In this document: positions 21,309-30,640 of the stretch, piece after piece
How positions within the stretch are numbered: the stretch's first letter is position 1
Layout: every line of letters begins with the position of its first letter
Assembly (NCBI GenBank): GCA_964539455.1
Contig: CAZIIP010000001.1
Coordinates: 2,380 to 66,379, forward strand
Direction of reading: 5' to 3'
DNA: 64,000 nt
Source of the DNA: an uncultured Rhodothermales bacterium
Lineage (GTDB): Bacteria; Bacteroidota; Rhodothermia; Rhodothermales; CAYLXM01
Program-made: the position numbers and the translations under genes
Notes under the pieces: model-generated
The model's database searches: none
Told to the model about the DNA's origin: nothing
Seen by the model: only the letters and a program-made list of their open reading frames with translations

Positions 21309-22361
21309 CTAAGGAGTCGTTGTCACGGCATCGAAAGGAAATTCGAGAGCGACACCACTGTCGACGATTTTCAGGCCGGAACGTTTTCCGAACATGATGC
21401 GCAGGCGATCCCGCACGTTGGAAAGACCCGTTCCGCGCGACAGCACCTCGTCCAGGTCGGTGGTGTCGAAGCCGGGTCCCCCGTCGAGCACACACAGTCG
21501 GATGATCCCGTCCGTTTCCGAAGCGACGACATCCACCGTTATCCGGTCAGATGCGCTTTTTCTGCCGTGCTTGATGGCATTTTCAACCAGAGGCTGGAGA
21601 ATAAGGCTCGGTACCCTTGCATTTCGCAGCGGATCAGGAACGTCCACCCGCGTTGTCAGCCTGTCACAAAAACGGGCTTTCTCAATGGCCAGATACAGCT
21701 CTACCGATTGCAATTCGTCCTCCAGACGAACGGCCGGTTGTTTGGAGGCTTTCAGGGAGTAGCGAAACAAATCTGCAAGGTCTTCGGTGACCGTTTCCGC
21801 CTTTTCCGGTGCCGTCCTGATCAGGGACGCGATGGCATTCAGGGAATTGAAAAGGAAATGAGGATTGATCTGGGCACGGAGGGCACGTATTTCGGCCTCC
21901 GACGCTGCCTTTTCCATCGCTCTCAGACGCGACGTGAACTGTGATACGAAATATACCGCGTGACCCATGAAAGAGGTGGTAAATGCGACTACGGCGACGG
22001 CCAGAAAGCCACGGAAATCGCCTTCCATGAATTCCCCGAAGAGCAGCTTCAAGACAGCCGATGTCAGGGCAAAAGAGACAACCGTCACGCATGACATAAT
22101 CGACGTTTGGATGGCCACTGCTCGACGGTTCGTCAGCGGAAATCGTCTTGACAGCCAGTAGCCCATCGCGTCCTGACTCCCACCCATCACGCTCGTGTAT
22201 ATCACACCAACAAACATGCTGCCGAGCAGATATAAAACGCGATTCTCTTGCGGATCATGCCACAGAAAAACGAGGGTACCCGTGACGGCTCCGATCACCA
22301 GGACGGTCACAACGGCCTGAAGGATCGGGCGGCGCTTCGAAACATGCCAGATGAATGCCAT
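21309..22361 (-). CDS. LytS/YehU-type sensor histidine kinase (multi-TM)
   Basis: Five to six TM helices, then the His_kinase motif QINPHFLFNSLNAI and an HATPase_c domain (LILQPLVENAIKHG...DGGPGF). Start set at Met29 (22361) so it does not overlap the receptor gene. Confidence 0.85.
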   Translation of the reverse strand: MAFIWHVSKRRPILQAVVTVLVIGAVTGTLVFLWHDPQENRVLYLLGSMFVGVIYTSVMGGSQDAMGYWLSRRFPLTNRRAVAIQTSIMSCVTVVSFALTSAVLKLLFGEFMEGDFRGFLAVAVVAFTTSFMGHAVYFVSQFTSRLRAMEKAASEAEIRALRAQINPHFLFNSLNAIASLIRTAPEKAETVTEDLADLFRYSLKASKQPAVRLEDELQSVELYLAIEKARFCDRLTTRVDVPDPLRNARVPSLILQPLVENAIKHGRKSASDRITVDVVASETDGIIRLCVLDGGPGFDTTDLDEVLSRGTGLSNVRDRLRIMFGKRSGLKIVDSGVALEFPFDAVTTTP

Positions 22362-22402
22362 TGGTCTCCCGGTGAACTGCGAGGTGTACCGGTCAAAGAC
22401 AC

Positions 22403-24733
22403 CTAAATCTCGAGAATAAAACCGCCGATGAAGAAGCGGCCCCAATGGTGGAACACTTCTACCTCACCGGTCCTATCATTAAAAGCCCTGAGAGCCTCGT
22501 TTCGCCTGTCAAACACGTTTTGGAGTTCAACATAGCTTGTGAGAGCACCCCATTTGAAGTTTTCCCGCAGGTCGAGGCGCACATCCAGACGGGAATACGC
22601 CTCCAGGCGTCTCGTGTTTACGAGTGCAGGATCGATTACCGTGGAACCCGCTTCAAGACTCTTTTCAACGTCGACCGGACTGTAGGGCCTGCCGCTTGCA
22701 TAGCGATACTGCAGCGATCCACCGATTTCGCCGATCCCCGGAAGCGAAAAGCCGCGTGTACCGAACACGAGGGTTGCAACGTGACGCATATCGAAGTTCG
22801 TAGGCCGTTCCTGACCGTCAAGTGCGGTGTACCTGGAGCGGCTGAGTGCGTACGATGCCGTTGTATAAAAAACGTCGGTCAGGCGTCGCTGAGCGAAAAA
22901 CTCCAGCCCCTCGGCATGTGCTTTCCCGGCGTCGATCAGCGGGCTGGTGAAAAGAACGGCTCCATAGTCGCTGCCCTCGTTTATGGTGCTTAACATGGGC
23001 ATATCCACAAAAACCGGGATACGATTATACCGCTTGGTATATGCCTCCACAGTCACCTTCCATGTCGGGCGCGGCCGAAACTCCAATCCGGCTACATGAT
23101 GCAGGGAACGCATCGCCTTGAGTGTCTCCGCATTGGGTGTTGCCGTATACCATAAGAGTGCCGGATGCTGGTGATACACTCCCCAGGCGGTCGTTAAAGC
23201 AACAGATGGGGTTATCTGATAGCGTGCGGACAGGCGGGGGCTGAAAGCATGTGGTACATCCGCGAGGGAGAAGTAATCAAATCGCAGGCCGCCTGTGCCG
23301 GATAGAAGACCGGCATCGATGGAATACTGGACGTAGGCTTCTCCCTCCACAGGTTGGGCTGTCTCTGAAACGCCCAGACCGGGCTGCAATTCCCCAAGCG
23401 GATTTTCGTCCGAAAGAAGCAGTATGTCATGGCGGAAATCGATCTGCTTCAGACCAATTCCGGCCCCAAGATTGCCGCGGGAGGCTACCTGCCACGATCC
23501 GGAAAAGCGTAGACCCAGCGCCGTCTCCCTGCTACGGTTTCTGTAATCCAGTTCGTCGGAAATATCGCGCGCATCCGTTCGGTAGGTAGTAGAGACAGCT
23601 GAAAAGGTCAGTCTGGAATACCCCTTTCGGCCCCAGATATGCCGCCATGTAAGCCCGCCCGCCGCCATTGTACCTCCTGTTTCCACATCATAGTCCGATC
23701 CGGGTTCGTCGCTTTCCAGATCGCGTTCGAAGTGAATGTTGTCCCAGCCGGCAAGGCCCGTCGCACTGATAAAATCAGACGGACCGAGATCGTACACGAC
23801 TTTTGCCTGACCGCCGGCATACTGCGGAACGGCCGTCAGATCGATTGCATTGTGCAACAGATCCAGGTACGAGCGGCGAATCCCGACGAACCAGGAGCCG
23901 GCAGCTCCGGTGTCATTGCCGGTAGAGGGAATTGGTCCTTCAAGGGCACCACCCGCACCGGCCATCGAAAGATCGAGACTCCCACTGTACTGACGGCGGT
24001 GTCCCTCGCGTAATGATACATCGAGAACGCTCGATAATTTTCTGCCGTACTCGGCCGGAAATCCGCCACTCATAAACGTAGCCTTGTCCAGATAGTCGGC
24101 GTCGAGCATGTTGATGGGGCCTCCCGTTGCTCCCTGGGTTCCGAAATGGCTGATATTGGGGATGTCGATATCGTCGACACGAATGAGGTTTTCAGCCGGA
24201 GAACCTCCGCGCACCATCAGGTCGTTGCGGTGATCGTCGGTGTTTACCACGCCGGGCATGGCCATTACGACGCGCTGGATGTCTTCCGCAGCGCCCGGAG
24301 CACGTCGGATTTCCTCCTTGTGAAGAGAACGCACCGACACCTCCGTTGCCGTTGGCTGTTCAAAATAGTCGGCAACAACCTGAACGACGTCCGTTTCCAG
24401 AACGGCGGGAGACAGTGAGGCATTCAGGCGGCGTTCCGTGCCACCGGCGATGACGATAGAAGTACGGACGATGGTCTGGTAACCAATCATCGAAATCCGT
24501 ACGGAGTACGTGCCGACAGGGATACCCGAGATGTGGAATCTGCCGTTCGTGTCGGTTGCGCCTCCGATAGTGGTTCCGTCAACGATGACGTTCACACCGG
24601 GGAGGGCTACCTCAGTGCCGGCCTCGACAATACGTCCAGAGAGCGACCCGGCCCTGCCGGATTGTGCCGGGGCGGGAACCGGGACCATGGCAAGAAGCAA
24701 TAGGATACATGTGATACATGAGCGAGTAGTCAT
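22403..24733 (-). CDS. TonB-dependent receptor with carboxypeptidase-regulatory-like domain
   Basis: Start at MTTRSCITCILLLLAMVPVPAPAQS (cat 24731..24733). SLSGRIVEAGTEVALPGVNVIVDGTTIGGATDTNGRFHI; plug (MVRGGSPAENLIRVDDIDI); barrel ending FIGGFILEI. Confidence 0.85.
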   Translation of the reverse strand: MTTRSCITCILLLLAMVPVPAPAQSGRAGSLSGRIVEAGTEVALPGVNVIVDGTTIGGATDTNGRFHISGIPVGTYSVRISMIGYQTIVRTSIVIAGGTERRLNASLSPAVLETDVVQVVADYFEQPTATEVSVRSLHKEEIRRAPGAAEDIQRVVMAMPGVVNTDDHRNDLMVRGGSPAENLIRVDDIDIPNISHFGTQGATGGPINMLDADYLDKATFMSGGFPAEYGRKLSSVLDVSLREGHRRQYSGSLDLSMAGAGGALEGPIPSTGNDTGAAGSWFVGIRRSYLDLLHNAIDLTAVPQYAGGQAKVVYDLGPSDFISATGLAGWDNIHFERDLESDEPGSDYDVETGGTMAAGGLTWRHIWGRKGYSRLTFSAVSTTYRTDARDISDELDYRNRSRETALGLRFSGSWQVASRGNLGAGIGLKQIDFRHDILLLSDENPLGELQPGLGVSETAQPVEGEAYVQYSIDAGLLSGTGGLRFDYFSLADVPHAFSPRLSARYQITPSVALTTAWGVYHQHPALLWYTATPNAETLKAMRSLHHVAGLEFRPRPTWKVTVEAYTKRYNRIPVFVDMPMLSTINEGSDYGAVLFTSPLIDAGKAHAEGLEFFAQRRLTDVFYTTASYALSRSRYTALDGQERPTNFDMRHVATLVFGTRGFSLPGIGEIGGSLQYRYASGRPYSPVDVEKSLEAGSTVIDPALVNTRRLEAYSRLDVRLDLRENFKWGALTSYVELQNVFDRRNEALRAFNDRTGEVEVFHHWGRFFIGGFILEI

Positions 24734-25129
24734 CTCTATTCCGATTTCGTGCTCGATGAATGACGGCTGCATGATAGCCGCCTCTCCTGCCCCACCACAG
24801 CAGAAGTGGTCGAGCGGAGCGAAAAACGGATGAACGGTGGGAAACAACCGACGAGCGGCGACGCGCTTACCGCTTCTCGCAGTTCTCAAGGCTTACGAGG
24901 AGTTGCTCGAGCTCGGCTTCCAGGCGTTTCATGGCTTCGTAGGGCGCTTCGTTGCCGACGTCACCGATGTCCATATACAGCATATCGGTCCTCCACCACC
25001 ACGAAAGCGCCGCAATCATCGGCTCGTGTTCCCGGCGGTTCAACACGATGATGTGATGGTACTACTGCAGATCTTCTTCTGCGACCGGCTGCGGAGAACG
25101 GGTATGCCTCCTGGAAGCGATGTCGCGAC

Positions 25130-25550
25130 GTGCCAACTCTAAAAGAGCGTTGGGCGAACGGGCTGGCAAGCGGCACCTACCTGTATCAACTCAAAGCCGG
25201 CGTGTACGGCTTCAGACTGCGACAGGTCGACTTCGACGGAGTGTCGCAGTACAGTTCCGAAGTTGAAGTCTACGTCCCGGTTCCCGGAACCGTCGCCCTG
25301 ACGCAGCCCTGGCCCAATCCGACCACGGGCGCGGCACAACTGGACCTTGTAGTGGCCACCTCTCAGCACGTGACCGTTTCGATCTACGATGCACTTGGAC
25401 GCAGGGCACGCGTCCTCCTCGATCGAAGTGTGACATCGGGATCACGCGTGCCTATCCAGCTGGACACGGCATCGCTCCCGGGCGGAGCGTATAGTTCACG
25501 CGCACGGCGAACGATTCGAAGCGACCCGATCTCTCATGATCGCTCGATAG
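25130..25550 (+). pseudogene. 3' remnant of a T9SS cargo gene (sorting-domain region only, frameshifted)
   Basis: Reads ...FRLRQVDFDGVSQYSSEVEVYVPVPGTVALTQPWPNPTTGAAQLDL..HVTVSIYDALGRRARVLL...LDTASLPGGAY, then loses frame near 25488..25495 (TATA tract). The +1 frame continues IVHAHGERFEATRSLMIAR*, the expected CTD ending. There is no upstream body or signal peptide. Confidence 0.55.
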
Positions 25551-25697
25551 CACTTTTTCAGCATTTCGTCCGAGTGGCTCCGGTGGTTACATAACCCTAT
25601 GTACCCGCCGGGCCATTCCAGGGCCTGTTCACACGAACTGGTCGGTCGCCTGCGACTGACATTTGACTGCGCGGCGTTGCCCGTCACCCATTTGGAG

Positions 25698-26408
25698 TCA
25701 ACTTCTCCGCACGAAGCTGCTATAGATCGAATCAAATGCCAGCTTCATATCCTCTTCCCGCAGATAGATCGTGAACTCGGTCATCGTCGAGTGTACCTCG
25801 ATCACGTTGATGCGCTGGAGTGCGATCTGCTGGAGCAACCGGTAAAGAAACCCGGGTTGTTCCGCGTAACTCTCCCGGAAACTCACGCCGATCGCCGAGA
25901 CCCGCTTCTGTAGGCGTTTCGGGGCTACAATACCGGCTTTCTCGACGAGGTTCAGATACGAGGTATCTACAATTACGGTTATCTCGCCGCTGCTTTCGGT
26001 GTACGTGAGGTAGCCGCCCTTCCGCTGGACACTGTTGATCACGCGCTGCATCGCCAGGTGCGTTTCCTTCGTCTTGTGCACCGTTATCGTGGAGAGTGCC
26101 GACTGTACGTGGATCCGGTCCACCACAAAGAGGTGCTCACCCGCTGTATCCTCCTCCCCCAGTTCGCGTTGCAGCCGCGACAAGGCCATCAGTATCGAAG
26201 ACGACGTCACCTCACGCTTTAACCGCGCCTCGACAAGTGGATGAAGGAATCGCGCCACCTGGCTCAGATTGAGCAAGCGGTGGTGCAGTCCTGTCCGCAT
26301 CATAAGATTCTCCATGGCAAGAAACCGCACGGCATCCGCTACTCTGGTCATGTCCTCTTCTGTTTTATATATAACAATGTCGGATACATATATAAGAAAT
26401 TGTTTCAT
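25698..26408 (-). CDS. ACT-domain-containing protein (putative small-molecule sensor)
   Basis: Start moved to MKQFLIY (cat 26406..26408); the 93-aa upstream extension overlaps dapB and looks non-coding. The C-terminal halves resemble tandem ACT folds (ITVHKTKETHLAMQRVINSV...; FLYRLLQQIALQRINVIEVHSTMTEFTIYLRE). Confidence 0.6.
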   Translation of the reverse strand: MKQFLIYVSDIVIYKTEEDMTRVADAVRFLAMENLMMRTGLHHRLLNLSQVARFLHPLVEARLKREVTSSSILMALSRLQRELGEEDTAGEHLFVVDRIHVQSALSTITVHKTKETHLAMQRVINSVQRKGGYLTYTESSGEITVIVDTSYLNLVEKAGIVAPKRLQKRVSAIGVSFRESYAEQPGFLYRLLQQIALQRINVIEVHSTMTEFTIYLREEDMKLAFDSIYSSFVRRS

Positions 26409-26489
26409 TATTGGCGCATATGATGGCCCATTTTGTTGTTTTGGCGGTCTGTCTGGGCGAAGGCCCGCACACGAACCCCGCATTCGCAT

Positions 26490-27236
26490 ATGAACGTCGC
26501 CTTGATCGGAACGGGAAGGATGGGATCGGCCGTCGCTGATGCGGCGGGTGATCGTGGCTGGACAATGGTCGGCAGATTCGACCTGGATGCGCCGTTCACG
26601 GAGGGCGCAGCGCTCGCCGCTGCAGAGGCTGCCGAGGTCGTCATCGATTTCTCCGTCGCCGAAGCCGTCCGCCCACATGTAGAGCAATGCTGCAAGCTCG
26701 GTCTGCCGCTGATCATCGGCTCGACAGGCTGGTCGGACCGGCTGGATGACATACGCGACACGGTGATGGAGACCAACGGCGCCGTACTCTATGCACCCAA
26801 TTTCTCACTGGGTGTGGCAATTCTCACACGTGCGATGCGGGCCGTGACACCTCTGCTCGACCGCCTCGAAGCGTTCGATGTCTCGATCCATGAAGTACAT
26901 CATACCGGCAAACGTGACAGTCCGAGTGGTACGGCCCTGCGTCTGGCCGAACTACTGCTGGATGGAATCCGCCGGAAAACGGCGATAAAGACCGGACAAG
27001 TCGAAGGCGCCATTCGTCCGGATGTGCTGCAGGTGACGGCTGCACGCACCGGAAACGAGTTCGGACATCACACGGTGTGGATTGACGGGCCGTCGGACCG
27101 TTTGCTGCTCACGCACGAAGCGCGCTCGCGGAGAGGATTCGCCGAGGGCGCCCTTGCCGCTGCTGAATGGATCGTCGGCCGCACGGGTTTCTTCACACTC
27201 GACGACATGCTCGATGAGTGGCTGTCAGACGCATAA
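26490..27236 (+). CDS. dapB: 4-hydroxy-tetrahydrodipicolinate reductase
   Basis: MNVALIGTGRMGSAV Rossmann start; FSLGV, EVHHTGKRDSPSGTA and HHTVW motifs typical of DapB. Confidence 0.9.
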   Translation: MNVALIGTGRMGSAVADAAGDRGWTMVGRFDLDAPFTEGAALAAAEAAEVVIDFSVAEAVRPHVEQCCKLGLPLIIGSTGWSDRLDDIRDTVMETNGAVLYAPNFSLGVAILTRAMRAVTPLLDRLEAFDVSIHEVHHTGKRDSPSGTALRLAELLLDGIRRKTAIKTGQVEGAIRPDVLQVTAARTGNEFGHHTVWIDGPSDRLLLTHEARSRRGFAEGALAAAEWIVGRTGFFTLDDMLDEWLSDA

Positions 27237-27277
27237 TCCCTCACTTTTTTCAGGAAAGCCAACAACCTCACAGATAA

Positions 27278-28174
27278 ATGAATACACCCCTATTTCGCGG
27301 CACTGCAACAGCGCTGGTGACCCCCTTTACCAACGACGATGCGATCGATGTTGCGGCGCTCCGCCGACTCATCGAATTCCAGATCGACGGAGGCGTCGAG
27401 GCCATCCTCGTTCTGGGTACAACCGGGGAAAATCCAACCATTACCATGGACGAGCGGCAACGCATCGTCGAAACATCGGTAGCCTGTGTCGACGGTCGCA
27501 TTCCGCTGATCGTCGGAACAGGCACCAACGACACCCGGACGAGCGTCACGCATGCACGGATGGCAGCCGAGCTTGGAGCAGACGGTCAACTGGTAGTTGG
27601 ACCGTACTACAATAAGCCCTCGCAGGCCGGTTTCAGGGCACATGTCGAGGCGATTGCCGAAGTATCGGACCTTCCAATAATTCTGTACAATGTGCCGGGC
27701 CGTACCCAGTTCAACATTGCGGCAGAGACCGCGCTTGAACTATCTAGAAGTGTTCCGAACGTCGTCGGTATCAAAGAGGCATCCGGAGATCCGGCGCAAA
27801 TCAGCGACCTGATCCGTTGGAGAGATGACGGTTTCTGCGTCTACGCAGGAGATGATGAAATGACCCTTCCCCTGTGCGCCCTGGGCGGCGACGGCGCCAT
27901 ATCTGTGATCGCCAATGCACTGCCGGGTCCGTTTTCTTCTTTTGTGCGCGTTCTTCTTGAAGGGCGGTTCGACGAGGCACGAACGTTGCACTATCGGATG
28001 CTGGACGCCATGCGCGCCTGTTTCGCTGAAACGAATCCGATTCCGATCAAAACCGTACTCGCCGACATGCAAATGCTGGAAGCTAATTTCCGGCTTCCGC
28101 TTACGACCGCAACCGCACGTGTGCGGTCACAACTCATGCAGGTCTTCGAATCTCAGGTAGCGGCACATGCCTGA
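27278..28174 (+). CDS. dapA: 4-hydroxy-tetrahydrodipicolinate synthase
   Basis: GTATALVTPF, GTTGE, YYNKP, and the active-site Lys context GIKEASGD. Confidence 0.95.
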   Translation: MNTPLFRGTATALVTPFTNDDAIDVAALRRLIEFQIDGGVEAILVLGTTGENPTITMDERQRIVETSVACVDGRIPLIVGTGTNDTRTSVTHARMAAELGADGQLVVGPYYNKPSQAGFRAHVEAIAEVSDLPIILYNVPGRTQFNIAAETALELSRSVPNVVGIKEASGDPAQISDLIRWRDDGFCVYAGDDEMTLPLCALGGDGAISVIANALPGPFSSFVRVLLEGRFDEARTLHYRMLDAMRACFAETNPIPIKTVLADMQMLEANFRLPLTTATARVRSQLMQVFESQVAAHA

Positions 28175-29033
28175 TACGAAATATCAGTCCAGAGCGTCGC
28201 TTCAATCCGCCGTAGAACAGTTGGAGGCATGGAATGGAGAAGGGGATGCCACCGAGAGCCGGGAAATCTTTCACAGGTTCCGGCAGGCATTAGATGAAGG
28301 AGAAATTCGGGCCGCAGAACGGGATTCGGACGGAAGCTGGCTCGTCTATTCATGGGTGAAGCGGGGGATCATGTCCTTGTTTCGATACGGGCACCTGACC
28401 CCCGTCGCCCACTGGGACGATACGTTCTTTGACCGGGACACATTACCCACGCGGCATTTCTCATTCGGAGACGGCGTGCGAATCGTTCCGGGAGGAAGTA
28501 CCGTGCGTTCGGGGACATACGTTGCTCCGGGCGTTGTAATGATGCCTCCGAGCTATGTGAATATCGGGGCATACGTCGATGCAGATACCATGATTGACTC
28601 TCACGTGCTGGTGGGTAGCTGTGCCCAGATCGGCAAACGCGTGCACCTGTCGGCAGGGGTTCAGGTTGGAGGCGTCCTCGAGCCTGCAGGTGCTCTGCCG
28701 GTGATTGTCGAAGAGGACGTCTTTGTCGGTGGCGGTTGCGGGCTGTTTGAGGGCGTGCTCGTTCGAAGGGGCGCCGTACTTGCGCCCGGCGTAAACATCA
28801 CGGGATCTACGCATTTGTTCGATCTCGTAAACGAAAGGATCGTTTCGAGACAGGAAGGCGGGTCATTGGAGATCCCTTCACGGGCCGTGGTCGTACCGGG
28901 TTCACGGCCGGTGAAGACGGATTTCGGAATACGGAACGATCTGCAGCTCTATACGCCCGTCATCGTCAAGTACAGGGATGAGAATACGGACGCCGCAACG
29001 GCGTTAACCTCGGAACTCAGAGGAGACGGGTGA
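28167..29033 (+). CDS. dapD: tetrahydrodipicolinate N-acyl(succinyl)transferase
   Basis: 8-nt overlap with dapA. Left-handed beta-helix hexapeptide repeats (GAYVDADTMIDSHVLVGSCAQIGKRVHLSAGVQVGGVLEP...) with a DapD-like N-terminal domain. The acyl donor cannot be assigned from sequence alone. Confidence 0.8.
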   Translation: MPDTKYQSRASLQSAVEQLEAWNGEGDATESREIFHRFRQALDEGEIRAAERDSDGSWLVYSWVKRGIMSLFRYGHLTPVAHWDDTFFDRDTLPTRHFSFGDGVRIVPGGSTVRSGTYVAPGVVMMPPSYVNIGAYVDADTMIDSHVLVGSCAQIGKRVHLSAGVQVGGVLEPAGALPVIVEEDVFVGGGCGLFEGVLVRRGAVLAPGVNITGSTHLFDLVNERIVSRQEGGSLEIPSRAVVVPGSRPVKTDFGIRNDLQLYTPVIVKYRDENTDAATALTSELRGDG

Positions 29034-29121
29034 TCTCCCGCATCCTGCCGGCAGCACGCCGGGCGCGTTTGCGCGTGCCACCAAGCCCCTTCGCGTCACG
29101 TATCCGGTCGCCGACCGCGGC

Positions 29122-29865
29122 TTAGGGTTTCACCTGATTGTGATGCTGTAAATAGCTCCGTTTAGTGAAACTGAAGATGTCGAACACCTCCGGGTTGTCG
29201 GTTGCCAGAAATGCATACGCAATGGGACAGTCCGTTGCCTGGAGGTACTCGTAGAGCGAAATCACAGCGTCGATGTCGGACGGGTCGGGCAGTATGACGA
29301 AATATGCTTGTTCCGCACCTCTTTCATCCTTCCACACAACCCCTTGGGCGGTTTCCGCCGCATTCAATCCAAAAGCAGTTGCCAATGAGGAAAGCCGTTC
29401 CGCAACATCGGCTTTCGACTGCTTCAGAAGCGCCGGCCAGCCCTCCTTTCCGGGCTCCGGAAACGCATGTCCACAGGCGAACAACTTGGTCAAATCCGTT
29501 CTCAGCTCCGGGCCGCGCTCTTTCACTTCGCGGCTGTCCCCGGCTCTTCCTCCATGCTTCAGGCACCGTTCGGGCGTAATGAAGAAGATGTCCCAATTTC
29601 CCTCTCCGTCTTCCCATTGATGGAGCAGGCAATACGTAAACGGGGACGACAGCTCTTTCGTGCGCAGAAACGGCCGGGTCACGTCGTCGAGTATTTGCGG
29701 ATCGGGAATGATGTAGAAGAGCGACCTGAGTTTGCCGGCATGACTGCGCCACTGAAACTCCTTGCCGACCTGCACCTGCTGCAGACTCCGCTGTGTGGCA
29801 ATCTGCGCAAAGTGCGCCGGCACATACTCGATCCCTTTTTGGATGACGGACGCGAGTTCGGTCAT
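29122..29865 (-). CDS. hypothetical protein built from two homologous ~75-aa halves
   Basis: 247-aa ORF. Halves are FQWRSHAGKLRSLFYIIPDPQILDDV...FTYCLLHQWEDGEGNWDIFFITPERCLKH and VVWKDERGAEQAYFVILPDPSDIDAV...IAYAFLATDNPEVFDIFSFTKRSYLQH. No family recognised. Confidence 0.6.
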   Translation of the reverse strand: MTELASVIQKGIEYVPAHFAQIATQRSLQQVQVGKEFQWRSHAGKLRSLFYIIPDPQILDDVTRPFLRTKELSSPFTYCLLHQWEDGEGNWDIFFITPERCLKHGGRAGDSREVKERGPELRTDLTKLFACGHAFPEPGKEGWPALLKQSKADVAERLSSLATAFGLNAAETAQGVVWKDERGAEQAYFVILPDPSDIDAVISLYEYLQATDCPIAYAFLATDNPEVFDIFSFTKRSYLQHHNQVKP

Positions 29866-30104
29866 CGCGTTCTCCTATGCAATTGGTACCCGGATGTATG
29901 TGGTAGACGAATTAATAGTACTCGATTATCGCCCGACAGGTCCTTGTTCGCCATCCGTGCCGCCCTCGAGCAATATATTGTCGCAATGCGCTGTGCATCT
30001 TCTGAATGGGCGAAAAACGATCTTCGAATCGTTACCTTCCAGCGCGCCTGCCGATTCTGCGTGCTCGTGGTTGGAAGCGACTCGTCCGAGACCCGCATGC
30101 TTTT

Positions 30105-30602
30105 ATGCTGGATTCGCCAGACAAACCGTATATGGCCTCAGACAACCATCCGTCCTCCGATTGTCGGGAGCGGACCCTGACGGGTTCGTTGTTTCTCATA
30201 TTCGGGGGCCTGTTCGGCCTGGCGATCTTCACTTTTTCGTATGCCGAGGGAACCTCATACCTGTCTGATGATCCGGCCGCCTGCGTCAATTGTCACATCA
30301 TGCGCGACCAGTTTGAGGGCCGGCAGCACGCGAGCCACCGGCAGGTCGCGACCTGTAACGACTGTCATACCCCTCACGCGCCCGTTTCGAAATGGGCGGT
30401 GAAGGCGATACACGGATGGAACCACAGTGTCGCATTCACTACCGGACGCTTCGAGGAACCGATTCGGATGAAAAAAATGAGCGCAAACGTCGTGCAACAA
30501 AATTGCGTCGATTGCCACGCCGGTTTCGTTGGGACACTACACTCCTCCAAGGAAGCCGCGTTGCCGGATTGTGCGTCCTGCCATGACGAAGTCGGTCATT
30601 AG
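30105..30602 (+). CDS. nrfH: cytochrome c nitrite reductase small subunit (NapC/NirT-type tetraheme quinol dehydrogenase)
   Basis: One TM helix (LFLIFGGLFGLAIFTF) and four CXXCH motifs (CVNCH, CNDCH, CVDCH, CASCH). The start is uncertain: ATG at 30105 or 30132. Confidence 0.85.
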   Translation: MLDSPDKPYMASDNHPSSDCRERTLTGSLFLIFGGLFGLAIFTFSYAEGTSYLSDDPAACVNCHIMRDQFEGRQHASHRQVATCNDCHTPHAPVSKWAVKAIHGWNHSVAFTTGRFEEPIRMKKMSANVVQQNCVDCHAGFVGTLHSSKEAALPDCASCHDEVGH

Positions 30603-30640
30603 GATCTCCCCTTCAGACATTCTTGCCAAATACCAATCAC

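Noticed and set aside
24867-25019. 50-aa minus-strand ORF MIAALSWWWRTDMLYMDIGDVGNEAPYEAMKRLEAELEQLLVSLENCEKR
   Set aside because: It vaguely resembles a sulfatase-type C-terminus, but the match is too weak to call. Not reported as a feature.
26409-26687. 93-aa N-terminal extension of the ACT-domain ORF (and similar extensions at 3121..3228, 7097..7153, 9159..9218, 24734..24889, 54451..54498)
   Set aside because: The extensions lack signal or domain features and overlap neighbouring genes or promoters. Internal Met codons give canonical N-termini (signal peptides, lipoboxes, family-typical starts).
29467-30268. Plus-strand ORFs 29467..30180 (237 aa) and 29762..30268 (168 aa) bridging the hypothetical gene and nrfH
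   Set aside because: They overlap the better-supported minus-strand two-repeat protein and run through the divergent promoter. Composition is low-complexity. nrfH begins only at 30105 or 30132.
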